DNA from: Clostridia bacterium
GTDB lineage: Bacteria > Bacillota > Clostridia > Christensenellales > Aristaeellaceae
Length of the DNA stretch: 32,000 bases
Assembly (NCBI GenBank): GCA_045617125.1
Contig: JAZLIA010000114.1
Span: 3,690-35,689 of the forward strand
Reading direction: 5' to 3'
In this document: one piece after another, positions 31,724 to 32,000 of the stretch
Layout: every line of letters begins with the position of its first letter
How positions within the stretch are numbered: position 1 is the first letter of the stretch
Notes under the pieces: model-generated
The model's input: only the letters and a program-made list of their open reading frames with translations
Databases searched by the model: none
What the model was told of the DNA's origin: nothing
Made by a program: the position numbers and the translations under genes

Positions 31724-31760
31724 TATCGATCGGAAGGAAAAATCTCCCTCCATCTATTGA

Positions 31761-32000
31761 TTATCGTATCTGCAGCAGATCCACCACGATCAGGGGACGC
31801 ACGCCGCCGTCCGTACGGTGCATGCTGTAGCCCTCCCAGTCGGACATGCCGTTGCACAGCACGATGGCGCTCCGGCTCTGTTCCATACCGTTGGAACGCA
31901 GCCACCACCATCCGATGGGATCCCCCTCTGCGGAAGAGTAGATGTCGCTGGCATACGCGCCTGCATTCAGAGCGTACGCAGTGGGAATGGCCTTGAAGGT
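31761..32000 (-). CDS. 3' end (79 codons) of a gene whose C-terminus resembles the DUF6273 domain; start lies beyond the window
   Basis: Not in the ORF track. My translation of the minus strand from 32000 gives TFKAIPTAYALNAGAYASDIYSSAEGDPIGWWWLRSNGMEQSRSAIVLCNGMSDWEGYSMHRTDGGVRPLIVVDLLQIR*, with stop TAA at 31763-31761. The WWLRS...V...G.....V....GVRP pattern is what I recall for DUF6273. Confidence 0.6.
   Translation of the reverse strand, partial: TFKAIPTAYALNAGAYASDIYSSAEGDPIGWWWLRSNGMEQSRSAIVLCNGMSDWEGYSMHRTDGGVRPLIVVDLLQIR

Noticed and set aside
31624-31800. Possible SAM-I (S-box) riboswitch ahead of metF, suggested by GGAGGGA, GGCCCCUUGAUG and AGAUAAGG fragments.
   Set aside because: The fragments are separated by about 25 nt where the S-box has 2-3 nt. 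The GCAACC and GGUGC elements and a matching P1 5' arm are absent. I cannot support a riboswitch call by eye, and an Infernal scan would be decisive.
1-32000. Search for CRISPR arrays, tRNA/rRNA genes, IS elements, integrases, and long direct or terminal inverted repeats.
   Set aside because: I saw no regularly spaced repeats, cloverleaf-compatible segments in the intergenic regions, or transposase/recombinase motifs in any ORF. Intergenic spaces are short and accounted for by promoters and terminators. Detecting dispersed repeats by eye is limited, so a self-dot-plot would be needed to be sure.

Overview
This looks like a chromosomal segment from a Gram-positive anaerobe: Clostridia-like gene content, GGAGG-type ribosome binding sites (RBSs) and tight gene packing. 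I found no rRNA, tRNA, CRISPR array, transposase or integrase. I call 24 CDS (one partial at the 3' edge) and one gene remnant; 21 of the 24 CDS are on the minus strand. All family names come from motif recognition by eye, since no searches were run.

Layout:
- Left edge (+): a MATE efflux pump translationally coupled to a small secreted LRR protein with an Ada-type zinc motif, then a truncated radical-SAM remnant.
- Centre (2680-16563, -): a carbohydrate-uptake locus. Its core is a ~12 kb, eight-gene, translationally coupled operon driven by a perfect consensus sigma-A promoter. It encodes a 961-aa membrane-anchored solute-binding protein (SBP) with two duplicated CBM-like modules, then two permeases (one with a PH-like N-terminal domain). 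Next come an NHL beta-propeller/TPR membrane protein, a YIP1-family polytopic protein and an 879-aa anchored DUF5696-like protein, followed by a second permease pair. After a terminator, a separately promoted lipoprotein SBP follows. No ABC ATPase and no regulator are present.
- A secreted GH10 xylanase with a CBM22-like module is transcribed divergently from this operon.
- Right half (-): housekeeping genes. These are a membrane protein-dus-P-loop kinase-glgB operon, ackA, a PucR regulator-S41 peptidase-lipid kinase group, and metF-metH (short form)-GT-C membrane protein. The window ends in the 3' end of a DUF6273-like gene.

The best candidate for an undescribed system is the NHL/YIP1/DUF5696-like trio embedded in the double ABC importer.
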